Assembly (NCBI GenBank): GCA_012409925.1
Contig: GCA_012409925.1_4804.1
Source: a phage
DNA: 60,053 bases
Strand: one strand, 5' to 3'
Shown here piece after piece: positions 19,219 through 28,264 of this stretch. The notes beneath the pieces were generated by a model. The model was not told where the DNA came from. It worked only from the letters and a program-made list of their open reading frames with translations, and searched no databases. Every line of letters starts with the position of its first letter. The first letter of the stretch is position 1. The position numbers and the translations under genes were made by a program.

Positions 19219-21594
19219 TCAACCTTGCTTCGGTGAATTAGTAGGATTATTGAGTGCTCCATATGCTTGAGAGCAATCACTCTTCAACCACTCCTTGAAT
19301 GAGTTTACATCCAATTCGTGGATTGAGTCAAATCCATTCCAACCGTTACCAAATGATGCTTGATAAGCTTCTTTCGCTTCTTCTGCTGAATCGAATCCAA
19401 GCATACACTTGTGTTCATCAAATTCGCCAGAATAATTATCATTTTGGTTAATGATGAATACTTTAGGCGACTTCATATTTGGTCCAACAAAGCAGTCGAC
19501 TTCATCACCATCAGCACCCTTGGTGCCTTTGATAAATCCGTAATGGTGCGGCATCTTAACTGCCCATTCACCATCAAGGCTGTTACCCCTGCGAATGCTG
19601 TTTCGAGGATTCTCGATGCCAAGAATCATCCCGTGCAACTTCATCTTAGGCAGCGACGCAGCATCCATCTTCCCTACGTTGTGGCGCAAGTTGACTACAT
19701 TGCCTTTTACGCTTGGAAGGGTAGACGGCTGCACAGACCTTGCGTCTTTTTGAGGGTCAAAATCCACATCCTGACCTTCTTTAAGGTAATAGTCAGAAAT
19801 ACCCTCCAGACCTTCTTTCAGTTGCGTTAGGACATCAACCTGATGGCTTGATTCGTCATCGGTATCATCCATGTTGATCTCAACTGGTGCCCTGTCAGGG
19901 TTTTCTGCCAACTCACCGCGCGCGGCACCTTCCGGCATGATACCAGTCTCACTATAGAACTGGCCGCCCATTTTGACGACATCAGCTTTGGCCTGTTCAA
20001 TATCGGCTTTACCTTGCAGAACTTCACCAGCAGACTTGCCAAGCAATGCCATATTCTCTGGAGACATCCCTGGGGTTTCTTCTGCTGTATCTTCTGGCAA
20101 ACGGTTGTAGCCGCTGTTTTTGTCGTCCTTGATGCGGTCGCGCTCTTCATCAGGGGAGATGACGCCAGCATCAATGAGAGTCTTACCAGTATTCGCTCGT
20201 TTGTCGTTAATCTCTGCAAGCTGAGTAGCAGTAAGTGAACCAACTGGCTCCCATGCCACTTTAACGTCGACTTCAACACCTTCAGATTTCAAAAGGATTT
20301 TATAGTGACGGTCAAGAATCTTCGTCAAATCGTGCTGCTGACAAGTCTCCAATTCTTCGTGATAGCTGACCATTTCGAACTCACCAGTGGCATTAAAGCC
20401 TTTAGGTGACGTCCCTAACAGTTTTGTCGACGGAACTTTTGCGATTGCGGCCACCAGCTGGTACTGGTTCATGATGATGCTGTCGAAGTCTGACAAGTTG
20501 ATGTCAAACTGGTCCATCTCTTCTTTCTGACCAAGCACTTTAACCGCATAGTTGTCGCGGTACTTAATCCACATCATCAGACGTTCGGCAAACGACCGCT
20601 CATTGGCAATCGCCTTGTCAACGTCGGTCCGCAGAGTGGTTGTACGCTTAGACATCGCCAGCAATGGCGCTTCGTTAGCGGTACGTTCAGCGGCATAGAT
20701 ACGTTCATAAATCTGTTGAGTCAGAGGAATGCCGCCGTAGATATAAGTCGGCTTGAGAATATCAGCTGGCTCATCATTGCGCAAGATGATTAGGTGGCTG
20801 CGATGATAACGCTGTCCGCTGATCACCCAGTATTCTGGATCATAGAAGTGCTGTGATGCAGGGTCTGCAGTGTTTTCAGACGTCAAGAATGGCATCATCC
20901 AATAAGGGTCAACTTGAATGATTCCCTTATAAGACCCTTTTGTCACACCATCGATGTTAAAAGGTTTGCTATAATATTCTGGGTCATCACTGCGCACATC
21001 AAATATGATGACGCGGATACCAAAAATATTCTTGAATCGTTCGGCTTCAACTAAGTGCTCTTTGATATTAAATTCTTTATCAATTTGCTTTAGGCGTTCG
21101 CTGGCCTGTACTGACAATTCCGACTCAGAACTGGATTTGACTTCCCAGCCTTTACGGACCGCATCGCGGCCTACCATGGAACAAGCCTTGTTCACCAGCC
21201 AGTGCTGCGCGATGATGGCGCAAGCTTGATATCCGATAAATGATTGCGATAAGTACCAGTTTTGCAACTGAATAGGTACTGTGTATGGATTAACCTGCCC
21301 TTCTGAACTGATGTTCTTCAAAGCATTGTCCATAACTTTTTTGGATACGGTTGCTGAATCTACTGAGCGACCTTTGATGATTGCAACACCGTCCCCGTTG
21401 ATATCAGGCTCATATAAAGGAAAGTCATCAACGGTTTTAAAGGTCGGGCGGTTGCTTTCTGTCTTATCCCAGCGTTGACCGCTGCCGCGCCTTTCCAGGC
21501 GTTCAAACGGTGCCAATGGGTCGCCTGGCGGCATCTCCGCTTGTTCGGCTTCTGGTTGCGTCTTCTCCCAGAGTTTTATGCCAAGAATTTTCAT
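19219..21594 (-). CDS. portal protein with C-terminal inorganic-pyrophosphatase-like extension
   Basis: ~790 aa between large terminase and MuF-like gene; start at ATG 21594 with GGTGG RBS (track used GTG 21606); C-terminal ~130 aa carry ...HYGFIKGTKGADGDEVDCFVGP... resembling the DGDPxDVLV core of family-I pyrophosphatases. Confidence 0.55.
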   Translation of the reverse strand: MKILGIKLWEKTQPEAEQAEMPPGDPLAPFERLERRGSGQRWDKTESNRPTFKTVDDFPLYEPDINGDGVAIIKGRSVDSATVSKKVMDNALKNISSEGQVNPYTVPIQLQNWYLSQSFIGYQACAIIAQHWLVNKACSMVGRDAVRKGWEVKSSSESELSVQASERLKQIDKEFNIKEHLVEAERFKNIFGIRVIIFDVRSDDPEYYSKPFNIDGVTKGSYKGIIQVDPYWMMPFLTSENTADPASQHFYDPEYWVISGQRYHRSHLIILRNDEPADILKPTYIYGGIPLTQQIYERIYAAERTANEAPLLAMSKRTTTLRTDVDKAIANERSFAERLMMWIKYRDNYAVKVLGQKEEMDQFDINLSDFDSIIMNQYQLVAAIAKVPSTKLLGTSPKGFNATGEFEMVSYHEELETCQQHDLTKILDRHYKILLKSEGVEVDVKVAWEPVGSLTATQLAEINDKRANTGKTLIDAGVISPDEERDRIKDDKNSGYNRLPEDTAEETPGMSPENMALLGKSAGEVLQGKADIEQAKADVVKMGGQFYSETGIMPEGAARGELAENPDRAPVEINMDDTDDESSHQVDVLTQLKEGLEGISDYYLKEGQDVDFDPQKDARSVQPSTLPSVKGNVVNLRHNVGKMDAASLPKMKLHGMILGIENPRNSIRRGNSLDGEWAVKMPHHYGFIKGTKGADGDEVDCFVGPNMKSPKVFIINQNDNYSGEFDEHKCMLGFDSAEEAKEAYQASFGNGWNGFDSIHELDVNSFKEWLKSDCSQAYGALNNPTNSPKQG

Positions 21595-21701
21595 TGTTAA
21601 CGCCACCTGACAGTGAAAGGGGAATCAATCTATATTATAAATATTCATGTGTTTGTAAGCAAATGATATGTATAGTAATCATAAATAGTTCATAAAATAT
21701 T

Positions 21702-21729
21702 TTGCTTTTGTATCATTTTGAGTTATATT
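21702..21729 (+). promoter_or_regulatory. candidate sigma70-type promoter for plus-strand cassette
   Basis: TTGCTT (21702-21707), 16-nt spacer, TATATT (21724-21729) in the AT-rich divergent region upstream of AAGGAG RBS and ATG 21758. Confidence 0.3.
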
Positions 21730-21757
21730 TTAGTTAACCAAACGAAAGGAGATTGAA

Positions 21758-22174
21758 ATGAGCACAACAATTGTATTTGTCGTCCTTCATCAAGGCGAAG
21801 TAGTAAACGTATGCGAATATGAAGAGCTGGCAAAAGCCACTGCTGCACGATATGAAGGTGCCACAGTTGACCCTTGGATTTTGGATGCGCGAAACGTGTT
21901 GCAGGCGACAATGGATGAGTGGCTTTTAGGTCGCAAGGTGTATCCGGTTGAAAACATCGAATCCATTCAAGGTGAAACAGTATACTTTGAAGATGAATGC
22001 GTTCGCGGCATTGGTAAATTTATGGGATTGTGCCCATCTTCATCCAAAAATAAATTTTATCGTATTCAAGTTGAAGAAAACGATATGTTCGACAAAGTAA
22101 CGCGCTCTATTGTTCCTGGCGGCGGCACTCCAATCTTTATGGCAGAATCAGACATCAAGGGGATCATCAAATGA
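21758..22174 (+). CDS. hypothetical protein, 138 aa (moron cassette gene 1)
   Basis: ORF track; strong AAGGAG RBS; opposite strand to flanking packaging genes; acidic. Confidence 0.55.
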   Translation: MSTTIVFVVLHQGEVVNVCEYEELAKATAARYEGATVDPWILDARNVLQATMDEWLLGRKVYPVENIESIQGETVYFEDECVRGIGKFMGLCPSSSKNKFYRIQVEENDMFDKVTRSIVPGGGTPIFMAESDIKGIIK

Positions 22175-22410
22175 GAACGTTAACCGAACTCGATGTTTTG
22201 AAAGACGTTGCAGCCGCGCTGGGCGTAGAATTATCCGAAAAGGCGACACTAGGTGCTTTGCGTCGGGATTTACTCGAAGCCGTTGACCGCAACGATTTTG
22301 ACCGTAAGTGTATGCAAAAGAAGATTCGGCAGGCGGTGAGAGCGGGTAAGCGATTCCGTGCCAGGTCGTTTGCCGCAAGAAAGCTTGACCTTCAGCACGG
22401 AATGCTTTGA
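22171..22410 (+). CDS. hypothetical small basic protein, 79 aa (moron cassette gene 2)
   Basis: ORF track; ATGA overlap with gene 1; Arg/Lys-rich C-terminus (RQAVRAGKRFRARSFAARKL); stop 3 nt from convergent terminase stop. Confidence 0.5.
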   Translation: MRTLTELDVLKDVAAALGVELSEKATLGALRRDLLEAVDRNDFDRKCMQKKIRQAVRAGKRFRARSFAARKLDLQHGML

Positions 22411-22413
22411 TTG

Positions 22414-23874
22414 TTAAAGGTTAGAGAAGAAGCCGGATGCTGCAACGATTGGTTTCATCAATGCCATGATTGCTGCGTCCGCTTTGTTAGGTGATTTGAC
22501 TCCACGCTTTGCCATATCCTTTTTGGATTCAACTTTGAACTTGCCAAGAACAGACGTATCTTTGCGCGGCGCTGACATCTCAAAAAGAAACGTCTCAATC
22601 TCTTCAGTAGTCCAAGCTGGAATCCCAAGTTCCGGTATGCCATCGGTGTCGATTGAAATCAATTCATCAGTCGGATATACGGCTTGCCCAGTCGCATACT
22701 CGTATGTCTTTCTGAATCGTTCCGCAATCTCAGTCCACTTTTGCGCTTTTATGTTTGCAAAATGGTCTTTATTGAGTATTTCAACGTGTGGTAGTTCAAG
22801 AAAAACGTCATCAGGATCATCAACAGACCCTTGCGCATTGAACGCATTAAATTCGATTCTTGGAAATGATGGATTTTCATGTATTGCATACTCGTTCAGT
22901 TCATCAAATTTTGAACCAGCAAAAGCGCCGACACCGATGGCATCATAAGTTATAGAAGCGCCAAATGTAAGCGCATCTTTCCAAACTCCGCTTGCCGATT
23001 TCAACAATTCATCTTCCAGACCTTCCCACGTCTTGATGCCACGTAATACGTTTCCTGTAACGAATGCAGTGGCATTAAGGTCGTCGCCATCGTCCGCTAC
23101 GTCAAAGCCTATACGGTTAGACCCTGACAAACTCCAGCCCAGCGTAGGGTGTTTGTGGAGATTAAGAGCGGCCTTAACGAATGCACGGTTGATTACAGAT
23201 TTATCGCCGCCAGTCTTCGGCACGCCGCCATAAACGTGCTCTGCCTTTTTCGGGTCGCGCTCGTACATGCCTGCAATAACGTCCAGCATCGTTTGCGACA
23301 AGAATGGGTTGTCTTGCCAGTTTATCTTTTTAACTATGGCATTCTTCGGCGGTCGCATAACAAAGTTTTGGTAGACGAAATCGGCCTCTTCATCAGGGTT
23401 AAAGATGATCCATATTTCTGACCCTTCTTTACGGATTGTCGGCTCAATAATGTCCCACTGTTCTTCAGTAAGTGCGTGCGCTTCTTCCAGCCAAAGAACA
23501 TCAACACCTTCCGTTGATTTAATTTCATCAACGTTACGTGCGATACCGTAAAATAGAAATTCAGATTTAGTTCTTTTATGCTCGATAGAGTTCTTTAATA
23601 AATTGAACTCATCTTTAAAATCAGAAATCTCTATTTTATCTTTTAATAGAGTATATACAGATTCAGAAATCTTGTTCTGGAATTGTCGAACGCAAAGGAA
23701 TTTTAATTTGAAGTTTGCCGCCAAATAAATAGCAAAACCAGCGGCATCGTGCGATTTGGAAGATGCACGACCGCCGTATATTACTTTGTATCGCGCTTTT
23801 GTCTTCCAGACTTCTTTTAAAGCAGGATTCAACTGGTACATGACTTTCCAATTACGTGTTAATATTTTATTCAT
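22414..23874 (-). CDS. terminase large subunit
   Basis: 486 aa; N-terminal P-loop ...KVIYGGRASSKS...; acidic nuclease-like C-terminal half; alternative start at 23841 (Met12) has a better RBS. Confidence 0.8.
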   Translation of the reverse strand: MNKILTRNWKVMYQLNPALKEVWKTKARYKVIYGGRASSKSHDAAGFAIYLAANFKLKFLCVRQFQNKISESVYTLLKDKIEISDFKDEFNLLKNSIEHKRTKSEFLFYGIARNVDEIKSTEGVDVLWLEEAHALTEEQWDIIEPTIRKEGSEIWIIFNPDEEADFVYQNFVMRPPKNAIVKKINWQDNPFLSQTMLDVIAGMYERDPKKAEHVYGGVPKTGGDKSVINRAFVKAALNLHKHPTLGWSLSGSNRIGFDVADDGDDLNATAFVTGNVLRGIKTWEGLEDELLKSASGVWKDALTFGASITYDAIGVGAFAGSKFDELNEYAIHENPSFPRIEFNAFNAQGSVDDPDDVFLELPHVEILNKDHFANIKAQKWTEIAERFRKTYEYATGQAVYPTDELISIDTDGIPELGIPAWTTEEIETFLFEMSAPRKDTSVLGKFKVESKKDMAKRGVKSPNKADAAIMALMKPIVAASGFFSNL

Positions 23875-23950
23875 ATTATAGTTTGCTTGTACAAGCTATA
23901 TCAAGTAAAATTATGATTCCAGCTTAGTAGTGGATAAAGGGTGATCTTTC

Positions 23951-23978
23951 GGCCAGATTCTTTCTGGCCATTTTTTTA
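23951..23978 (+). terminator. rho-independent terminator-like hairpin (plus strand)
   Basis: GGCCAG-attcttt-CTGGCC followed by ATTTTTTTAT; orientation-specific (no T-run on minus strand). Confidence 0.45.
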
Positions 23979-23991
23979 TCAGGAGTAAACC

Positions 23992-24222
23992 ATGGCCCTA
24001 GTCAACATTCAACTCACTCCCTCTTATACTTCCGTTATTTCCGTTGCCGAAAACGTATCCGGCGCACTCATTCAAGTTCGCGGCGGCACTGCTGAGATTT
24101 GTTTTGAGGAAAAGGCCGATGACAAGTTGATCGGCATTGCTGTTAACGGCACAATCGAAATCCCGCCAGGCGTTGAGATTTTCGCAAAGGGAAGTGGCAC
24201 ATTAATTGTGTCTTCACACTGA
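23992..24222 (+). CDS. hypothetical protein, 76 aa
   Basis: ORF track; AGGAG RBS. Confidence 0.5.
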   Translation: MALVNIQLTPSYTSVISVAENVSGALIQVRGGTAEICFEEKADDKLIGIAVNGTIEIPPGVEIFAKGSGTLIVSSH

Positions 24223-24310
24223 TACGATGCCATGGACGGCATAATTCACAAAAAGTTTGCCTTTCTGAAAGTCTGCGTTATAATCATATTAACTCAAAAC
24301 CGGAGGTAAT

Positions 24311-24526
24311 ATGAAACTCATCGACCGTGCCATCAAAGCCATAGACAACCATTCCACAGCTATTGCGTTTGTAATGGGATTCTGTTTTACTGCTGTGTTT
24401 GGCGACGTTCACACATTCAAGTCTGTCATCTTGTGCTGGTCTATCTGGTCCCTCATTTCTCTGGTTTTGATTCTTCCGATGACTTGGCTTGTCCTTACTT
24501 GTCTGGAATCTCAAGGTGAAGACTGA
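24311..24526 (+). CDS. small membrane protein, 2 predicted TM helices (holin-like candidate)
   Basis: 71 aa with hydrophobic stretches AIAFVMGFCFTAVFG and VILCWSIWSLISLVLILPMTWLVL and charged C-terminus; GGAGG RBS. Confidence 0.4.
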   Translation: MKLIDRAIKAIDNHSTAIAFVMGFCFTAVFGDVHTFKSVILCWSIWSLISLVLILPMTWLVLTCLESQGED

Positions 24527-24747
24527 TGAGACTATCAATCAAAGAGCGGGCAAAACGGCCCAAAAGGAGTGAGCCAAAAGCGAAATATACATGCGTAGGC
24601 GGTCCATTCGACGGGCAACCTATATGGCTTTCAAAATCTAATCCATCGACGGTTGAGTTTAGCCTTCATGGAATGCGCGGCAGATACCTGCTAAACAGAG
24701 AAACAATCGGCAGCACATTTGTGGAGTGGAAAGAAAATGGTAAGTGA
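24526..24747 (+). CDS. hypothetical protein, 73 aa
   Basis: ORF track; ATGA overlap with upstream gene. Confidence 0.45.
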   Translation: MRLSIKERAKRPKRSEPKAKYTCVGGPFDGQPIWLSKSNPSTVEFSLHGMRGRYLLNRETIGSTFVEWKENGK

Positions 24748-24970
24748 ATTAACTTTAAAAGTACCAAAAGAAGTGCTAGATAAGGCATATGCGGATTCTG
24801 TAAAAGAATTGGCTGGGGTGCTTGGAATCGAAAATGAATTTAACGTTCAATTGCAATTCCTTAAGGATGCTCTTCAAATCAAAGAGAATAGAGAGGCTGG
24901 TGGTGGTGCACCTTTGGCTTTGGCAATCCTCTATGCGGGACTTGTTCTGCAATCTGGAGATGAACTGTGA
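24737..24970 (+). CDS. hypothetical protein with C-terminal hydrophobic segment
   Basis: ORF track frame from ATG 24737 (track used TTG 24719); C-terminal APLALAILYAGLVL. Confidence 0.4.
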   Translation: MVSELTLKVPKEVLDKAYADSVKELAGVLGIENEFNVQLQFLKDALQIKENREAGGGAPLALAILYAGLVLQSGDEL

Positions 24971-25166
24971 ATCGTTGGTGCAGTTGGAAGCTGAAACGAC
25001 TCGCCTGGGCCAATGCCGCCAATTCTGCTGGCCCAATCACCGCTGGCGTTGGGTCGGTATGGGATGGCGAAGGCCGTTGGGACTCGCTGTGTGGCACGCG
25101 CCTATTCTTTCGCGTAAAATAATTATCGCCCTTCCCGAAATGGGAAGGGCATTTAAAGAGGTTATC

Positions 25167-25508
25167 ATGAACAATACTTTATCACAACTGTTAATCTGGA
25201 CTATCGCCGCTATCATCGGCACCGTTATTATGATGTCAAGTGCAAAGGCTGAAACGGATATTTGCGGCAGGCTGATTTCTGAAAACGGCGAAATTTATTA
25301 TGGCAACTCAAAAGGTGATTATATATCGCCTGAAGTTTGCGCTCAGAAGAAAGCAGAAATGCAAAAGCAGTATCATGAAGATCAATCTATATCTCAAGCC
25401 GCGCTGATTGAATTAAGTATATCAGCCATCATCTTTCTAATCGTTTTTATGCTCATTATTAAACCAAATAATGACAACAACCGTCATATTCCTCTCAAAA
25501 GAAATTAA
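25167..25508 (+). CDS. small exported/membrane protein (signal peptide plus C-terminal TM)
   Basis: ATG 25167 with AAGAGG RBS inside track ORF 24822..25508; N-terminal hydrophobic stretch ending AKA, C-terminal LIELSISAIIFLIVFMLII. Confidence 0.45.
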   Translation: MNNTLSQLLIWTIAAIIGTVIMMSSAKAETDICGRLISENGEIYYGNSKGDYISPEVCAQKKAEMQKQYHEDQSISQAALIELSISAIIFLIVFMLIIKPNNDNNRHIPLKRN

Positions 25509-25546
25509 GGTTATAATACGGTTGTCGACAAAACGAGGACCGTAAA

Positions 25547-27883
25547 ATGCCAAGGCTAATATTCAAAAACAACTTTGAGGTCGCGCTTGCTCAGCCAACG
25601 ACGACTTCAGACACCACAATTACAATCCGCTCAGGGTCGGGCTTTCCGACCTTGGCCGCAAACGAGCGTGTAGTGGCGACAATCGTCGACGCTGCAACAG
25701 GCCTCCAATTCGAAATCATCACAGTAACAGCCGTCGTTGGTGATGTCCTGACCGTTCAGCGTGCACAGGAAGGGACTGCAGCGCGTGCATGGGCTGCTGG
25801 TGACATGCTTTCCATTCGAACAACTGCCGCGACTTTGACGGGTACTGTCCGAAACTTTGGCGTAATTCCTAATGGAGTAAACCTTAACGCGCTGAACGGA
25901 AGCTGGTTCGGGCAGTATTACCAACTGGCTGATTCTGGGGCATCAATATCACTCAACTATCCTGTCGCACAAGCGGGAATACTTGAAGTTTTACAAACGG
26001 GAGTTTCAACGAACGGATGTGTTCAGCGATACACACCTTACAACACTAACACTGTATACCAGAGGCTGTATAATGCCATCACATCAACTTGGCTTGATTG
26101 GGTTCAAGTTTATAATACGCAAAGCGTTATACCAGTCGCAAATGGCGGTACAGGACAAACGACCATCCAAGGGATGAAGTCTGCTTTTGGATTCGGAACG
26201 GTCGCTGATCAAAACATTGTTCCCACTTCAATGGGCGGTACGGGATCAGCAGACAATGCGCAAGCATGGTTGAATATTCGTCCACAAGGTTCAACGCCGC
26301 TCGCTGGTGATCCAGTTAACGATTATGATGCCACGACAAAGCGTTGGGTGGAAAACTTAGTTAACACAGGCACCGTTGGCCCAAGTATGAACGGCGTTAT
26401 GAACTATGGCGTTGGTGATTTCCATCTGCGTGACAGCCGTGCTTATATTCAACCATACGAAGTTGTTGCCGATGGGCAATTGTTAAACCGCGCTGACTGG
26501 CCTGAGCTTTGGGCGTATGCGCAAATGTTGACACCTATTGCCGATGCCGACTGGCTTGCGGACCCGCAAAAGCGCGGCAAGTATTCACTTGGTAACGGCA
26601 CAACAACATTCCGCGTACCGGACCGTAATGGCGTCCAGACAGGTTCTATATATGGTCTTTTCGGTCGAGGCGACGGCGGCACAAGTTCGAACGATGGGTT
26701 GGTATACCCTTCTGGCGCGCCAAATATCACAGGTACACCAGAAGTGACCATGATGTCGGGTTGGGGAACTGGGGGTGCTGTTCGAGGCAGGGGTGCTTTC
26801 ACACCGCAGACCACAACATCGACGCCTATTGGCGGTTCTATCACTGGATCTTATGTAAACATCGATTTTGACGCGTCAAAGTCAAACCCGATATATGGAA
26901 GAACAAGCACAGAGTTACGACCGAATAATTTCATCGGAGTTTGGGTGATTCGTGCATCGGGTGGATTTGTTGCTGCGAATACGACTTGGAGCGTTATTAA
27001 TGGTGACGCAGCAAAACCTGCAACCGGAACGCTTGTCAGAGGCGGTAGTGTAAAATCTGAATATAAGATTGGCACGAACATCGCGTATCAAGCATTCTTG
27101 CAGGCATACGGCAAGATTGATGGATCAACATCAGAATGTGGAGCAATAGTTTCAAATGGTGTACAAGAATGGAAGTTTGCGCAAGACGGTACATTTTATT
27201 TCCCTAACTCCATAAATCAAATTGGCACGGAAAGGTCAGACGGGGCGCTGAATGTTAATGCATATCTCAGACCAAAAGACCTTGTTGCGCAACCGTTGAA
27301 CTCAGTAGGCGTTTCAGCGTATGAAAGCAACGGCATGAGGATGATAAACTTCAACCAGTCAACACCTGGGTATGTATCATATTTTTCAGGGGATTGGTAT
27401 GCTGGCAGTTATACATTCGGAGGCGTTCGAGGCACCGGAACTGATTTGATGCACGCGCAAATATCCATAAACAATGGGCAAGGCGCTGCAGCAGACTTCA
27501 AATTTCTACCTGATGGTACTGCTACTGCAGGGAACTGGGTAAGCACGTCTGATGAAAGGGTAAAAACAAATATTCAAAGGATTTCCGACCCGTTAGGAAA
27601 GATGAGGTTGATCAAGGGTGTGACTTGGGAGCGCCTTGATAAGTCAGAGAAACCGAATGGCATCGGCTTTATAGCTCAAGATGTAGAAGGTGTATTCCCT
27701 GACGCAGTAAGAACTTTGAAATATTCAAACACGGAACTTAAGGATGGCACGGTTGTAGAGAATATCAAGTCAGTCGACACTTACGGAGTGGCAGCGGCAC
27801 TGCACCACGAGGCTATTCTCGCATTGATGGATCAAATAGATGAACTCAAGGCAGAGATAGCCGCGCTGAAAGCAGCGAAATAA
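25547..27883 (+). CDS. tail fibre protein with C-terminal intramolecular chaperone (S74-like) domain
   Basis: 778 aa, Gly/Thr/Asn-rich; C-terminus ...SDERVKTNIQRISDPLGKMRLIKGVTWERLDKSEKPNGIGFIAQDVEGVFPDAV...ALMDQIDELKAEIAALKAAK matches the autoproteolytic chaperone module of tail fibres and endosialidases. Confidence 0.8.
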   Translation: MPRLIFKNNFEVALAQPTTTSDTTITIRSGSGFPTLAANERVVATIVDAATGLQFEIITVTAVVGDVLTVQRAQEGTAARAWAAGDMLSIRTTAATLTGTVRNFGVIPNGVNLNALNGSWFGQYYQLADSGASISLNYPVAQAGILEVLQTGVSTNGCVQRYTPYNTNTVYQRLYNAITSTWLDWVQVYNTQSVIPVANGGTGQTTIQGMKSAFGFGTVADQNIVPTSMGGTGSADNAQAWLNIRPQGSTPLAGDPVNDYDATTKRWVENLVNTGTVGPSMNGVMNYGVGDFHLRDSRAYIQPYEVVADGQLLNRADWPELWAYAQMLTPIADADWLADPQKRGKYSLGNGTTTFRVPDRNGVQTGSIYGLFGRGDGGTSSNDGLVYPSGAPNITGTPEVTMMSGWGTGGAVRGRGAFTPQTTTSTPIGGSITGSYVNIDFDASKSNPIYGRTSTELRPNNFIGVWVIRASGGFVAANTTWSVINGDAAKPATGTLVRGGSVKSEYKIGTNIAYQAFLQAYGKIDGSTSECGAIVSNGVQEWKFAQDGTFYFPNSINQIGTERSDGALNVNAYLRPKDLVAQPLNSVGVSAYESNGMRMINFNQSTPGYVSYFSGDWYAGSYTFGGVRGTGTDLMHAQISINNGQGAAADFKFLPDGTATAGNWVSTSDERVKTNIQRISDPLGKMRLIKGVTWERLDKSEKPNGIGFIAQDVEGVFPDAVRTLKYSNTELKDGTVVENIKSVDTYGVAAALHHEAILALMDQIDELKAEIAALKAAK

Positions 27884-27892
27884 TTCACTCAA

Positions 27893-27918
27893 GGCGCTGA
27901 AAAGCGCCTTTACTTTAT
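27893..27918 (+). terminator. rho-independent terminator after tail fibre gene
   Basis: GGCGC-tgaaaa-GCGCC hairpin followed by TTTACTTTAT. Confidence 0.55.
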
Positions 27919-27936
27919 GAGCGATTAAGTTATACT
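27909..27936 (+). promoter_or_regulatory. candidate sigma70-type promoter
   Basis: TTTACT (27909-27914), 16-nt spacer, TATACT (27931-27936); overlaps terminator T-run; precedes GAGGTG RBS and ATG 27964. Confidence 0.35.
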
Positions 27937-27963
27937 CATTATACGTTAACAAGTGAGGTGTTT

Positions 27964-28170
27964 ATGGAAATTAAAGTGTTGTCCGATTTTGTAAAAAGTA
28001 TCGAAGCCAAAGGCATGACCATCAAGGCCAAAGGCAGTCTCGTTTGCATCGATAAACAGCAAAGCGATCAAAGCATATCACTTGATGATATCAAAACGAT
28101 GCAAAAGCTCAATAAGAAAGGTGCGTTGCACGAGTTCTTAACGGATATTGGAGCAGTGGACAATGGATAA
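27964..28170 (+). CDS. hypothetical protein, 68 aa
   Basis: ATG 27964 with GAGGTG RBS within track ORF 27958..28170. Confidence 0.45.
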   Translation: MEIKVLSDFVKSIEAKGMTIKAKGSLVCIDKQQSDQSISLDDIKTMQKLNKKGALHEFLTDIGAVDNG

Positions 28171-28264
28171 AGAGGCACGGCGCTTTGCATTTTGGGCAAC
28201 CGTTTGCATTTGCTCTATTCTTGGAATCGTTTATTCAATCATTCATGCCGCAACTGTATCATGA
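28163..28264 (+). CDS. small hydrophobic peptide, 33 aa (below ORF-track cutoff)
   Basis: ATG 28163 overlapping upstream stop; MDKEARRFAFWATVCICSILGIVYSIIHAATVS; its stop overlaps the next ATG (ATGA), suggesting translational coupling. Confidence 0.3.
   Translation: MDKEARRFAFWATVCICSILGIVYSIIHAATVS

Noticed and set aside
24822-25166. N-terminal 115 codons of track ORF 24822..25508
   Set aside because: Trp/Arg/Cys-rich and preceded by no RBS; the downstream in-frame ATG 25167 has an AAGAGG RBS and gives a sensible signal-peptide protein. A short GTG-initiated frame at 24967 cannot be excluded.
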